A stretch of 64,000 nt of DNA, from positions 124,001 through 188,000 of the forward strand of contig CBFDEM010000008.1 of the NCBI GenBank assembly GCA_965603825.1. Direction: 5' to 3'. Of the stretch, positions 24,001-35,834 are shown piece after piece. The stretch's first letter is position 1, and the number at the start of each line of letters is the position of its first letter. The translations under genes and the position numbers were made by a program. Source of the DNA: Blepharisma stoltei ATCC 30299 (taxonomy: Eukaryota > Protista > Ciliophora). The notes under the pieces are model-generated. The model had not been told where the DNA came from. It ran no database searches and saw only the letters and a list, made by a program, of their open reading frames with translations.

Positions 24001-24243
24001 AAATTTTCAGAAAATACTGCAAGGGCTGTATTAAAAAGACTTGGTCTGATACTAAATTCCAATTTTATTGAAAATATTGGCCTTAACTGGATTCTTGAAA
24101 GCATTGAGCTTGGGCATATTAAAAGCATCTCTTCTGATGAAAAGGCACAGCTTGTAGAAGCTTTAGACAAAATGAGCTGTATAAATGATGAAGAAGGCCA
24201 AATGGCAAGTGAGCTATCTACCTATATCCAAGCTGATATTTAA
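21040..24243 (+). CDS. TORTIFOLIA1/SPIRAL2-like microtubule-associated protein (N-terminal HEAT/ARM, coiled coil, conserved C-terminal domain), ~1067 aa
   Basis: Four ORFs in one frame joined by TGA (22084, 22276, 23188, 23878); gaps are stop-free. N-terminal ELKQKFQNSLNKLNSIDTRDVA and C-terminal AYKSILDTGDDIYLLRLMHKTGPCL match SPR2-family motifs. Confidence 0.72.
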
Positions 24244-24540
24244 AGAAATTTTGCAATTAATAATTTAATTAATTTATGAAATAATTGCGAAAAATGTTTA
24301 TATGTAATTTAATATAATGGATTTTTATTTTCACTATAGAAATCATGAAATTAATGCTTCCATATAGAGTATAGTATATAACAAACTAGAAATAAATACA
24401 AAAAGTATTATAATTATAAATAAATACATATATATTACATACCTGTGCCTTTCCTCCTATGCAAATTCTTAATACCCAAAATATTTAATTTCCCAAAAAT
24501 CTATCAAAACCTTAAAAATACTTATCTAAATGTGGTTAAC

Positions 24541-24915
24541 TTATTGCTTTGGCTCTTCCAGCTTAATATTAGGAAGCTCTGCAAGATCGAGTGCTTTCAG
24601 CAATTCCAGAGTTGCAGCATCCACCCTCAATTCTCTAGTGCTAACTACAGATCTCTCAGGAATATAGTCAAGTTTCTTTTCCCTTTCCTCTTCTTGTATT
24701 TTCAATGAAATTCCTCTGACTGGGCCTTTTTGAATTCTTTTCATGAGATGTGTGGCGTAGCCTGCAATTTTGTTTCGTAAACGTTTGGTTTGGATTACAG
24801 CGACTTCATCACAGATTCTCTTGTTGATGTGGAAATCAGCAGTCATTCTGGCGTAGAATTTTTCAACGATGGCTCTTGCTGCTTTTTTCACTGTTTTTGT
24901 TCTAACTCGACCCAT
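24541..24915 (-). CDS. RPS17: 40S ribosomal protein S17 (eS17)
   Basis: [21 protein letters not shown]...[36 protein letters not shown]. Confidence 0.98.
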   Translation of the reverse strand: MGRVRTKTVKKAARAIVEKFYARMTADFHINKRICDEVAVIQTKRLRNKIAGYATHLMKRIQKGPVRGISLKIQEEEREKKLDYIPERSVVSTRELRVDAATLELLKALDLAELPNIKLEEPKQ

Positions 24916-25154
24916 CTTGATCCACTAATTATAGCCATTTTATGGGATTTAGAAATTTGAGAGGAAGGTGGAGCTAGGGATTTTGATGGGGTTTTGAAAA
25001 GAAAGGTGACAGGGAAAATAAGGCAGATTTATTATTAGAATATGATTAGATATTTTGGGGCTGGAATAGAAAAGGTTAAGCATTTAGCTCTGCAATTGGG
25101 TTTATATTGAGAAATTATTATTTATTTACTTCAAAAGAAATATATTAAAAATGC

Positions 25155-26879
25155 TTAAACAAATTCATAAGCTTCCCTTACAAAATCCAAGCTCAAGTAC
25201 CCAACTCTTTCATATTTTTCAAAAAGCTCCCTTACTTCTTCAGTCGGCGGCTCCATATACTGCTTATAGTCCTCAGCCAACTTGATTATTTCTTCATTCA
25301 TCCCCGCTAATTTCGCACATTCTAACCCAAAGGACCATGACATCGGTGCAGGAATAATTTTATAAAGCATCAGAATATTTCCTTGAGAAATCTTTATATC
25401 AGTATGCAAATTTTTTATTTTAGGATGTTGCAAGCTTGATAACTCTGAAAAATGTGTCGCGAATAGGGTAATGCAGCCAATTTCGGCCAATTCTTGTACG
25501 AAGCCCCAAGCCAAGCCTAATCCTTCATTCGTAGACGTTCCTCTCCCTAACTCATCTATAAGGACTAGTGATTTCTTTGTAACAGTTTCAAATAGTTTGG
25601 CCATATCTTTCATTTCTGCCATAAAGGTAGAAATCCCCATAAGGCAGTTGTCTTCAGCTCCTATTCGTGTAATAATTCTATCAAAAATAGGAATATGGGC
25701 TGAGGAGCATGGGACAAAGCAGCCACAATGGGCCATTATGCAGCATAAGCCGATTTGTTTTAGATATGTCGTTTTGCCGCCCATATTTGGTCCTGTGATG
25801 ATGGCGATACTTTGATTAGAAATTTCAAAATCAGCGTCGTTAGGAATACAGGTTGTCATCCTTTCCAAGCTTGGGTGTCTGGAATCTTTTAATGATAAAT
25901 ACCCAGAATCATTCAAAATTGGCCTTGTATATTGTTCTGGTGCTTTTAAAGCTACATATGCGAAGGACAATATTGCATCAAGCTCACTAATAACATCAGC
26001 CATATCAACTAAAACTGGTAAATAGCTTGACACAAATTCAATAATTTTATCTACCAGCTGCACCTGCTTTATTTGAAATTCTTCACTTAAGCTTTCTTTT
26101 CTTTGGCAGCATTTTTTCAGGTCAATGCATGTAAGTGTAACTGTATTCTGCTTATGAGAAACAATTATATATCTATCATCAGGATTTTCTCTTAATGATA
26201 TATGAATTTCTTTTTTATTCCCTTCAAGAAGCCACATTGACGTCTGAGATGGGACAAGCTTAAGTTCTTTGCTTAATCCAAGGTCTTTTGTGGCTTTAAT
26301 TCTGCAGTTTTCTATGTCTTTTTCTACTGCTTTAATTTCTTCATGAATTTCTTTAAGCTCTGGGCTGAAATTAGGGTTGACCCTATAGTCTTGGTCCATG
26401 CTGCTGTGCTCTAAGTCAATCCCTTTTTCTACAAGCTCTATTAGGTTAGAAAATTGTTCTTTTCCAGCTGCAAAATTTTCTTTATAATATAAAGAATGCT
26501 GCAGGATAAGGTTCGCAATTGCCATGAAGTCTTGGGCGAAATGATAAAATCGGACGCAATCTTCAAGATTGGCGCCCTTTTTGCCTTGGCAGAATTTATT
26601 AAATTTGCTGATAAGGGAATCGAGATCTGGGACTTTTTTTAAGGCTATTTGTAAGTCAGTAAGGAGGGCTTGGGAATTATAGAAAAATTCGACTTTATCG
26701 AGCCTTTGAGATATTAAGGGTATATCGATTAAAGGGTTTTCAACCCACTGATGGAGGAGTTTGGAGCCTTTTGGAGTTTTGCAGCAGTCTAGCAATTTAA
26801 TTAGAGAAATTTCTTCTTGGGTAAACAAATTCAAAGCAGTTTTGCAGTCTGAAATATCAAGTGCTTCTGCAGAGCTCAT
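25155..26879 (-). CDS. MutS homolog, MSH2-like, lacking N-terminal domains I-II, 574 aa
   Basis: ALNLF, CKTPKGSKLLHQWVENPL, LEDCVRFY, SRHPSLE, IITGPNMGGKTT, STFMAEM, DELGRGTST, FATHFSEL. In-frame TAA ~65 nt upstream of the ATG. Confidence 0.88.
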   Translation of the reverse strand: MSSAEALDISDCKTALNLFTQEEISLIKLLDCCKTPKGSKLLHQWVENPLIDIPLISQRLDKVEFFYNSQALLTDLQIALKKVPDLDSLISKFNKFCQGKKGANLEDCVRFYHFAQDFMAIANLILQHSLYYKENFAAGKEQFSNLIELVEKGIDLEHSSMDQDYRVNPNFSPELKEIHEEIKAVEKDIENCRIKATKDLGLSKELKLVPSQTSMWLLEGNKKEIHISLRENPDDRYIIVSHKQNTVTLTCIDLKKCCQRKESLSEEFQIKQVQLVDKIIEFVSSYLPVLVDMADVISELDAILSFAYVALKAPEQYTRPILNDSGYLSLKDSRHPSLERMTTCIPNDADFEISNQSIAIITGPNMGGKTTYLKQIGLCCIMAHCGCFVPCSSAHIPIFDRIITRIGAEDNCLMGISTFMAEMKDMAKLFETVTKKSLVLIDELGRGTSTNEGLGLAWGFVQELAEIGCITLFATHFSELSSLQHPKIKNLHTDIKISQGNILMLYKIIPAPMSWSFGLECAKLAGMNEEIIKLAEDYKQYMEPPTEEVRELFEKYERVGYLSLDFVREAYEFV

Positions 26880-27085
26880 TTTTATATATATTTTTGATTT
26901 AATAGTGGGTTTGACTGAGAAAAATTGAAAATTAATTAAATATTTTTAATTCCTGGATCATTTTCAAGTTTCTATATTAAACTTCACGAAAAAAAATTGA
27001 TTAATAAAATAAACTTTAGGGCAAAGTCTCTGTTTCATTTTTGCTCTAATTTGCTGCTCTATTTATTTTTACACTTTAGCTAATT

Positions 27086-28099
27086 ATGTCTGATAGGGGC
27101 GATTTATCTTTAAATTTCAAAGAGTCTGAAAATCAATTTGACGAAGAAACAATAATTCTGTACAACAAATTTCTAAGAAGTCCTCAATCTTTAAGCACCC
27201 TAGAAAGGAATTATTTACTTGCAGGATTACTAGAAAACTATGGAGATCTTAAATTAATTAAAACTCTATGCTGCTACACAATTGGTGACAACAATCTAAG
27301 AGCTTTTATATGAAAACGATTTTTAAAATATATGCCTTTTGATAACCAAAGATCTGAAGAAATTTCAGAAATTCGGAAAATGCTTTATAACAGCTATGTC
27401 AAAGATATTTATTTGGAAAGTCCTTTGAAAGAAGACGTTATCAGATGCATAGAGCTGGATATCCCAAGAACTATTAATTTCCCTTTGATAAATAATCAAA
27501 ATGCAAAGGAGGCTTTCAAAAGACTTTTATACATTTTATGTATGAAACACAAAAACGCTGAGTATCAATCTGGATTTACCTTTTTATGTGTGCCATTATT
27601 TGTAGCTTATTTATCAAGCTATGATGCAAACCAGCAGAACCTATCAGATGATATTATATTTCAATTAGAAGTGGATGTATTTTATTCACTTAGCGAAATT
27701 TTTAAAGAAAACCCATGAATTTCTAGTAATAATTTTCTCCAACAAGAACTTGACGAATTCAGTTCATATATCAAATTATACGACCAAGATCTAGATGAGC
27801 ATTTATCTTCAAACGAAATCCAAGCCAATTTCTACGCATATAGATGGCTAAAATGCTTATTTACTCTCGATTTCCCAGTTCAATTTATTCTAAAAGTCTG
27901 GGACGTTCTCATAAGTTGTGACGAAGGTTTCAGATTTTCCATAAAAATCGCAGCCGCAGTCCTACTAAAATTCAGAGAAAATCTTCTTTCCAGCCCAGAC
28001 ATGGCCCAAATTTTGACATCAATTTCCAATATAAAAAATTACAATTGGACTGACAATGAAATCGAAATGGTAATTAGCCACGCGTTTATGCTTAATTAG
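27086..28099 (+). CDS. TBC-domain Rab GTPase-activating protein (Gyp1/TBC1D22-like), 337 aa
   Basis: LRAFI-W(TGA)-KRFLKY, IELDIPRT Arg finger, FYAYRWLKCLF, ILKVWD. TGA at 27311 and 27716; ends TAG 28097-28099. Confidence 0.85.
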
Positions 28100-28108
28100 T
28101 TATTAAAA

Positions 28109-30613
28109 TTATTCCATACTAGTTACCCAGCTAATATTTGTTTGTTTTTCTGTATTCGCCCTCACAATATCATGAGCAGCATCATTCAGACTTACAAGCA
28201 CTGGTTTATATATAGGATTCATCATAATATCATATGATGGGATTCCATGCTCTTTAATTTCTTGATAATTTTCTTTATAAGTCCCTTGGTCTTCTCTTAT
28301 TTGTTCATCTCCAATTTGGGCTATTGTCGTTTTGAATTTTGAGATTTCATTTATCACTATTAAAGATACTAAAACAATGACAACTAAAGAAATTAATGTC
28401 ATATTTAATATCCCAGAATTCATAGAAATTCTTTCGCCTAGAGAATTATGGTCAGGATTAAGCTCGCCTGAGCTATTTATATAGACAGTGTCAGGGAAAA
28501 TTTCATCAGCTCCATACATATAGAGAGAAAACGCACAGTGTAGTAATATTGCATATGGCATGTAGCTTTGGAATTTGTTATTAATTTGGTTAGAATATAG
28601 CGGTGGCGCCCTATAATATCTCAAAATAAGGAATTTATCAGTCCAATAAGCAAAAAATAAAGTAAAAAAACAAATGATATTTAATAGAGGAATTCCTCCA
28701 GAATATAAAAAACAGGTAAAAATGGTATTTAAAATCTGAGCGACCCTTACAGAAAGCTGGAATTCGGGGCCTGCATAAAGGCTGTTCAGCTCATGCTGCA
28801 TTTTGTAAAATTTATAAAAGTATCTTCTTTTTATGATATTTATAGGGTATAAAATAAATAATGTCACAAAATGAGGAGACGCCACCCCAATGAACATTGT
28901 TATTAATATAGTCGACCCCACCTTTGTGTACCAGTCCCTAGAAAAATCTGAATAATCCCCATTAAATAAATAATCCTTGAATGCTAAATCTTTTACAAAT
29001 ACGAGGTCTTTGAAATTTGCGTTTACCATTAGAGTAATTATTGAGGTATTGAAAAATAATACAAAAAATAGTTTGTTCATAATAGAAAGTTGCTCTTTAG
29101 TCCAAGTCGAAGCTCTTTCGTACTTGGAAAGCCAGCTTAAAGTCCATTTGAGTATATAATTAATAGCAATAATCCCTAGACTTGCAAAAACTCTTACAGT
29201 TGTAGCGACTCTGAATTGTGAAATGTAGTCACTGCAATAGTCATTATATTCAGAGTCGTCCAATAATTTAGAAAATTTTTGCTGCATACACCAACAATAA
29301 ACTTGTGTATCACTCTTATAATTTTTTTCTGCATACTCTAACGTCGCTTCAACATCAATTTTTTTCGCACAAGTTTGATCACTTGGCAATAAATTTTCTT
29401 CAGCTTGTATCACACAAATTAATATGATAGATCCAATCATGATTCCTATAGCAATTGCTATAATAATTGCTCTTCGAATTTGCCTATTCCAATGACTGTA
29501 TTCTAAATTTTCCCATTTAATATTAGATGGCTCAACTGTCGGTTTTACTACCAATGTATGGAAACCTCTAAATTTAAGCTCTTTTGGCTGCAGATTTTTT
29601 CTGCAGAGCTTAAGCTTATTGCTGTATGCTTTTAGACACTTTTTCCTTGAATTTACGTCATTGAATACTAAATAAGCTCTATCAACGATCAAGTCTTCAT
29701 TGGTTGCTTGAGCTTCTTTCCGTTTTATCTGTAAATTTTCGTCGAAATTTTTGATTTTTTCTTGAATTTCTTTAAGTTTTATTTCTTGGGATGGGTCTTT
29801 TTTTGACATTAATTTGTAGTAGCCTTCTTGAAAGCTCAGTTTGGCTCTAGCTTTATAGCTTCCTAGGTAGCCATTATATTTTCTAGCTAGATAAACCTCT
29901 ACGACTTCTCCAAAGCTCTGGAAATGTGCGATTATTTCTTTTTCATCTATATCTTCTTCAGGAAGCCCTTTAATTTCTATAGCATAATCCCCAGCAGTTA
30001 CATTATCTTTGAAATTATTTAATACCACTTTTTTGGCACTTATTTTGTAGTACACTAAAAATACAATAAATACCAATGTATATAAGAAATCAGCCACTGC
30101 AACTCTTGATTGATTAATTTCGTAATCATCAACGTGGTCTTGTTCATCTTCTAAAGCTTCAGTTTGGCTAGTTGTAATAGTTTTATAATGAAATCCTCCA
30201 TTATTCGCAAGGGTAATTGTATCATATGAATTTTTCTTTGCCCCAGTTTCCAGGCCGTCTCCACTAGAATTTTCTAAGATCGGCCAAATTGAGATAAGAC
30301 CTATAATTAAGAATAAAAAAGCAAGCTGCTTGAGGGTGGTAAAATAAAGCTCTAAACCTACTCCATATTCTCCTAGAACATGAGGACTTGTGCGGAGGAT
30401 TGGGTATTCTAAAAATCGCCCATCGTCGGTTCAGTCTCTGACAGTGTTTCTTTCTCGAAATGCTTTGGCTTTTTCTAAATCTGCAAATTGGACTGTGTCG
30501 GCTAGGTCTTCAGCGTTTTGTTCACGTTCTAGCCCTGATGCCCCTTGGATTGCTATACTTTGTGGTTCAATTCCGATGGCATTTGCAATTTGATTTGTTA
30601 AGCCATCTATCAT
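28109..30613 (-). CDS. OSCA/TMEM63-TMC superfamily multi-pass channel, ~834 aa
   Basis: ORF 30431-30613 continues via TGA into 28109-30097; the gap is stop-free. GEYGVGLELYF, DYAIEIKGLP (cytosolic RRM-like), EPSNIKWENL, YSDFSRDWYTKVG, YSGGIPLL, YWTDKFLILRYYRAP; about 10 hydrophobic segments. Confidence 0.8.
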
Positions 30614-31023
30614 TTTGATTATTGACAGTTATGAAAACATATGAATTGCTATAAAGAATTATGATTATGCACTAAGATTATGTTTTACAAGCGAAACTTA
30701 ATATTCTAGTATATAAAGCCAATATAATTTTATAGGTTTTGTCTAGTAAAACTAACGAGAAAATTAGCAAGACGCTAAAACTAGATTTATTTATTTCTGG
30801 GCAGAGCCTTAAGAAATTATGAGAATAACCTTATTAATTAGATTACACACTAAAAATTATATATATTATTACCCTTATTAAATGAAATAATATAGATGAA
30901 GTTTCTTTCAACTATTAGCTTGATCAAAATTATTCAAAAAATGCTATTGTATAAAAATTAAAATTTTATCTGAATAAACATTAATTTATTTATATAAAAT
31001 TACGAAAAAATTGATTACGATTA

Positions 31024-32574
31024 TTATAAGTTTTTAAATCTAAACATATTATGAGATGTCTTAAGCATCCTTTTCGAATTTTTTGACGAAGATCTATCTG
31101 TACTATTTCCGGAGTAAAATTGGCTTAGTGAAAGATGCGAAGAATGGCGGCTTAGCCCTAAATTATTGAAATAAAATCTTTTATTAGACTGAGCAGATGC
31201 CAATTGTTCTCTTAAAATTGTCGTATGAAAATTAATAGGCAGCTCCATACTTGATCGTCTACTATGAGATTTAGATGGAGACAGCCCCGTTGATATAAAT
31301 TGATTTCTTGATATTTCAGCACGTACAGCCGGAATCCTTCTAGCTGGGCTATAAACTCGGCCAGGAGACATAGACTCTCGCCTCACAAGCTCTTTTTCCA
31401 CGATTTTTAAAGTGTGCACATTTTTACAGATGTGAGGGACATCAGAGTATTTTTTTCTCGGCTTCAAAATGTCAGGGATTTTTGTTTTTATTATAGGTTT
31501 TTCAATTGGAATTTCTCATTTTACCTCAATTCCCAGCTTTCTTTGTTCTACAGAACTAATTGAGTCTGTTAGCTGGCTCCTCATTTCCCCTTTCATTCGG
31601 ATTCTTTCAGTAAGCGCATTTGTCATTTCTTCATTTTTTATTATTTTCCTCATAAAAAGATCTTTAGAAATCGATAATAAAATTCCGCTATCAGATTTAC
31701 ATTTGCAGGTAAAAGTCCGCAAATGGTCGTTAGATATGTCTTCTTCTCCTATCAGCTCTCCTGGGCCGACTAATGCAATTTCTGCTTCTCTATTTTTGCT
31801 TTTTTTACTGCTTAAGTCAATTTTTAATTTTTTTGAAATTAAAAATTCGCCACTTCTGACAATAAAAACATCATTGGCTTCTTCGCCTTCTTTGAAAACT
31901 ATTTGTTTTTGTTTGTATTCTTTTTCTGTAAAGAAATAGTACAATTTCTGTAGATTTTTCTCTGTAAGGGCTTCAAGACCAGGAATTCCTTGCAAAAACC
32001 TGATAACTTCATTGGTTTTTAGCTGTTTGGCTTTATCGATAATATTTTTATAGGCAGAAATTTCTATAATCGCGCAGTGACAATCTGTCAAACATTTAAG
32101 TGGCTTTATTTTCTGTGAAGGTTTTTCACCAAAGGAGTCTCCTTTATGGAATTCGTAAGAGATTTCATTTTCGTTGTGCCTTGCTACAGCTCCATCTATT
32201 AATACGTAAAATTGGCTTATCGAGTCTCCTTTTTTATATATAAAAGAGCCGGCTTCAAAGAATCCATAACTCATAGTCTGGCATAAGGCTATTAAAGAGT
32301 CAGTTCCTTGTAGCAGCTCAAAGGTTTTGAAGAATGATAGGTCACGTAAAAATTTGAGGACTTTATTAATAGCTCGAGCTGTCCTATCGTTGGAATCTTT
32401 TATAAGTAAATTTCGAATAGCAAGAATTGGGCTATTAGAGTCAATGTGTAGCATAATCATTGGCCGAAAAAAATTTAATAGGCTTATGGGGATTCTTTTT
32501 CTTTCAGGGTGTTCGTTTACAGTTTCAAGGCTAGGAGCACTCGTGGATTTTAAATTTTTTGGATCATTTTTCAT
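31024..32574 (-). CDS. Tandem cyclic-nucleotide-binding domain protein, ~516 aa
   Basis: IYKKGD..FYVLIDG..GDSFGE and VFKEGE..VFIVRSG..GELIGE..RTFT. TGA=Trp at 31516 joins the Ser/Arg-rich tail ORF 31024-31467 in frame. Confidence 0.82.
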
Positions 32575-33628
32575 AGTTATATACAATTCTTAAAATTTAT
32601 TATTTTTTCTCCTTGATTATAGCCATGTAAATCAAGCAGCTGGTAATTTAAATCTTTATTTATAAATATACCGATTTATTGAATTTTTACTATAATCCCA
32701 AAAGTTTAATATAATGTTAATTATTGAATTTCGGAAATATCGTATGTGTTCTATTACAATTTATATCAAAATAATCATAAATTATTAGCTCATTTTGAGT
32801 CCCTTTATATTTCATTCGCAGCAATATATAGCCATAATACTTCACAATGATTCATCTAATATGCAGGCATAAATCATTTATAAACTTTCACATGTAATAT
32901 GATGCATAACCCATCCTTGAAGCTAGGGGTATAAGCTCAAAGCTGCTGCTTTGTGACCTAATTGGATGGACAGTCACTTGAGTTTTTTTTTTTGCCAGCA
33001 GTTCCTAATCCAAGGGTGTCTGAAATAAGTAAAGCAATTTGTCTATTGTTGTGACCAGCCCCAAATCATATAGATTTATGAGTATTTTCTCAGAGATGAT
33101 CTGAAAAAAGGGAAGCAGATTAGACAATAAAAGTCAGCCTCTTCAGTGAATTTCCCCGATAAGAGGGAAACGGCTAGGGTTATTCATAAGATGAATAATT
33201 AGATGGTGGAAGGTTATTTTTTGGAAATGGTGCTACTTGGCAATCGTTGCAGAACCAAGGTTTCAGACTGGGCTCAGAATTACTGAGTTGGAAGCCACCT
33301 ACATTGCTTGTGCCACCACAGAGTGTCTTAAAACATGTACAGAGTACTCTTTATGGGAGAGATATAGCTAAGTCTAATTCTGAAAATCATTAAACTTTCA
33401 TTATATTTCATCTATATTTACGCACTTTCTTCTAAATCATCTACCTAATTCCCCATTCTGCAATAATTTTTACTGGAAAATTTATGTATCTTTAAATTTT
33501 AATAATAAAAATTATGACCAAAAAATTTTCCCAAAAATCATCAATAGCTTTTCCTTTCCTCACGTTAAAATTTCTGCTATTCTAAACCATCATTAAAATC
33601 TTACTTGTATTTAATCATCAATAAATAA

Positions 33629-34900
33629 ATGAAAGAGATTGGAGTGCAAACTCAATCAGAAGATAGCGCAGGACCTCGAGTTCTCTCTAAAATTCCGATT
33701 CCTGAGTTTGAATTTCCTCAAATCCTATACTCTTCTCATACTGTTCTGTGACTCCTAGCAGCTACTGGCATACTTGGCTACCTCACTTTTGTGCGAGATG
33801 ATTCAGATTCGTCGTTAAACCAACGACAAGGTCTGCTCGGGCTTTTATTAGTCTTTATCTTTACCTGTGGCGTTCAACTCCCAGATTCGGGCTTCTTATT
33901 CCGTCCTCACCCAGCTTTCTGGAGGATGCTTCAAGGCCTCGCCCTTTGCTATTTCACGATTTTAGTTTACTTTTTGTTCCAAAACCTAGACGATTCCAGA
34001 CAAATTTTGGCATTTTTAGACCCTAAACTAGGCAAACCTTTACCAGAAAAAAATTATGCGGCAGACTGCAGAATTTACACCCCAGAAAATCCTGAGTCGA
34101 TGTTTTACAATATAAAAGACTGTCTTTTTGATGTTTATATACCAACACACGCAATTGGTTGGTTCTTTAAGATGATTATTATAAGAGATATGAAGCTTTG
34201 CTGGTTCTTAAGCGTCTTATTTGAATTTTTAGAAATTACATTGAAATTTCAGCTGCCGAATTTTGCAGAGTGCTGGTGGGATTCTTTATTTTTCGACGTT
34301 ATTTTGTGCAATGGCGGTGGAATTTATCTCGGATATCTTGTATGCAGATATTTCCAAATGAAAGAATTTTATTGGGGAATTGGAGAAGATAAGAGGAATA
34401 AGACTGGAAGATTTTCGGCGTTGTCGAGGTCTGCTTTACAGCTAACTCCTCACTCTTGGCTGACTTTTAATTGGGAGATGTTTGGGTCTTGCAAGAACTT
34501 TATAACGACAATATGGTATATCATTTTTGTCAATCTGGTCGACCTCAGCAATTTTTACCTGAAATTCATCTTGTGGGTCCCATCATCTCATTGGGTGCTT
34601 ATTATTAGAGTCTTTTTTGTAGCGTTTTATGCAATAGTCTCCACAGCTGAGTACTTTGAATATGTTTCTTCAGGGTTCAAGACAAGACTTGGCGCAAATT
34701 GTTGGCTGGCACATATGATTGTGTTCACTGAGTGGATGATTATCCTTAAGCATTCTCAAGGAATGTTCCTAGACCCGATGCCTTATTGGCTACAAATTGT
34801 ATGGACAGGAATCGGGTGCTTTGTGGTGTCAAGCGCTTTGTGCTTGTTTTATTCAGATATCAGCAAGAAAAACTCTAATAAAATTAAATCAGTTCAGTAG
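33629..34900 (+). CDS. PTDSS2: Phosphatidylserine synthase (base-exchange, PTDSS2-like), 423 aa
   Basis: FRPHPAFWR, LPEKNYAADC, HAIGWF.K, LSVLFEFLE, LPNFAECWWDS..DV..CNGGGI, FYLKFILWVP. N-terminus extended to ATG 33629 via TGA 33749. Ends TAG. Confidence 0.9.
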
Positions 34901-35034
34901 TTTTAATTTTATGAGAAGAATAAGTACATTTTTAGCTTAAATCTTGATAAATTTAAAATTTTGGAATTAAAATAGTGAAATTTATTTTAAGAAACCGCCT
35001 GCCAAATTTCTTTATATACACTTATAATAATAAA

Positions 35035-35334
35035 ATGAGTTTCCAAACAACTGATTCCAAAAAAGAAGAATTCAGAAAATATTTAGAGAAAAGTGGCGTT
35101 ATTGACCAACTCACCCGAGTCCTTGTTGGACTTTATGAAGAGCCTGAAAAGCCATCAAATGCAATTGAGTAAATTTCATTTAGCTTTATAAAGCGTTATT
35201 TGGGAACACCTTCAGATATTGACACGGAAACTTTGAGAGCTGAGTATGAAGCTTTAAAGGAAAGAAATGCTCAGCTTGAAAGAGAAGTTGAAGAGCTTCG
35301 GCAAGAACTTGAAAACTTAAGACCAAGTGATTAA
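35035..35334 (+). CDS. MYCBP: c-Myc-binding protein (MYCBP/AMY-1) homolog, 94 aa, one intron
   Basis: DSKKEEFRKYLEKSGVIDQLTRVLVGLYEEPEKPSNAI|DFIKRYLG followed by a coiled coil, after removing the 15-nt intron. Confidence 0.92.
35169..35183 (+). other. 15-nt spliceosomal intron containing an in-frame TAA
   Basis: GTAAATTTCATTTAG; removal is required to complete MYCBP. Confidence 0.92.
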
Positions 35335-35834
35335 GCAGTTTATCAATAATCAATTTCGCTTATTTTTATTTAAAATCGAATTTCTTAGGATACAAAGAAT
35401 TAATTTATCAATGAATAAACTGATATATTATAAAAAACTTTTGTTGAGTCTGAAAATTCTTAAATAATTATTTACATATTCATTTCATTTTTTATGAAGC
35501 TTAATTAGAAATACTAATTAATCTTCGTTGCTTGAATGAAATAATAGCAAATTATTAATAAGCGAATTTTTCTATAGATAAATATATCTAAGAAAAATTA
35601 ATCTCTATTAGTTCATTTTTTATTAAATTTAATTTTACCTATCCTTATTAGGTTTAAGATTAATCTGTTTTCGAACTATAAACATTTGCATCAAATTTAT
35701 CGCACTTCAACTAATCAGTAGAGACTCACGTCTATTTATCGATATTTTCATACACATTGGCTTAGCTTTTTTAATAAAACCTAAATTAAGGAAATAGTAT
35801 TAAAATTTCAGCAAATAATTTATAAATTACTCAT

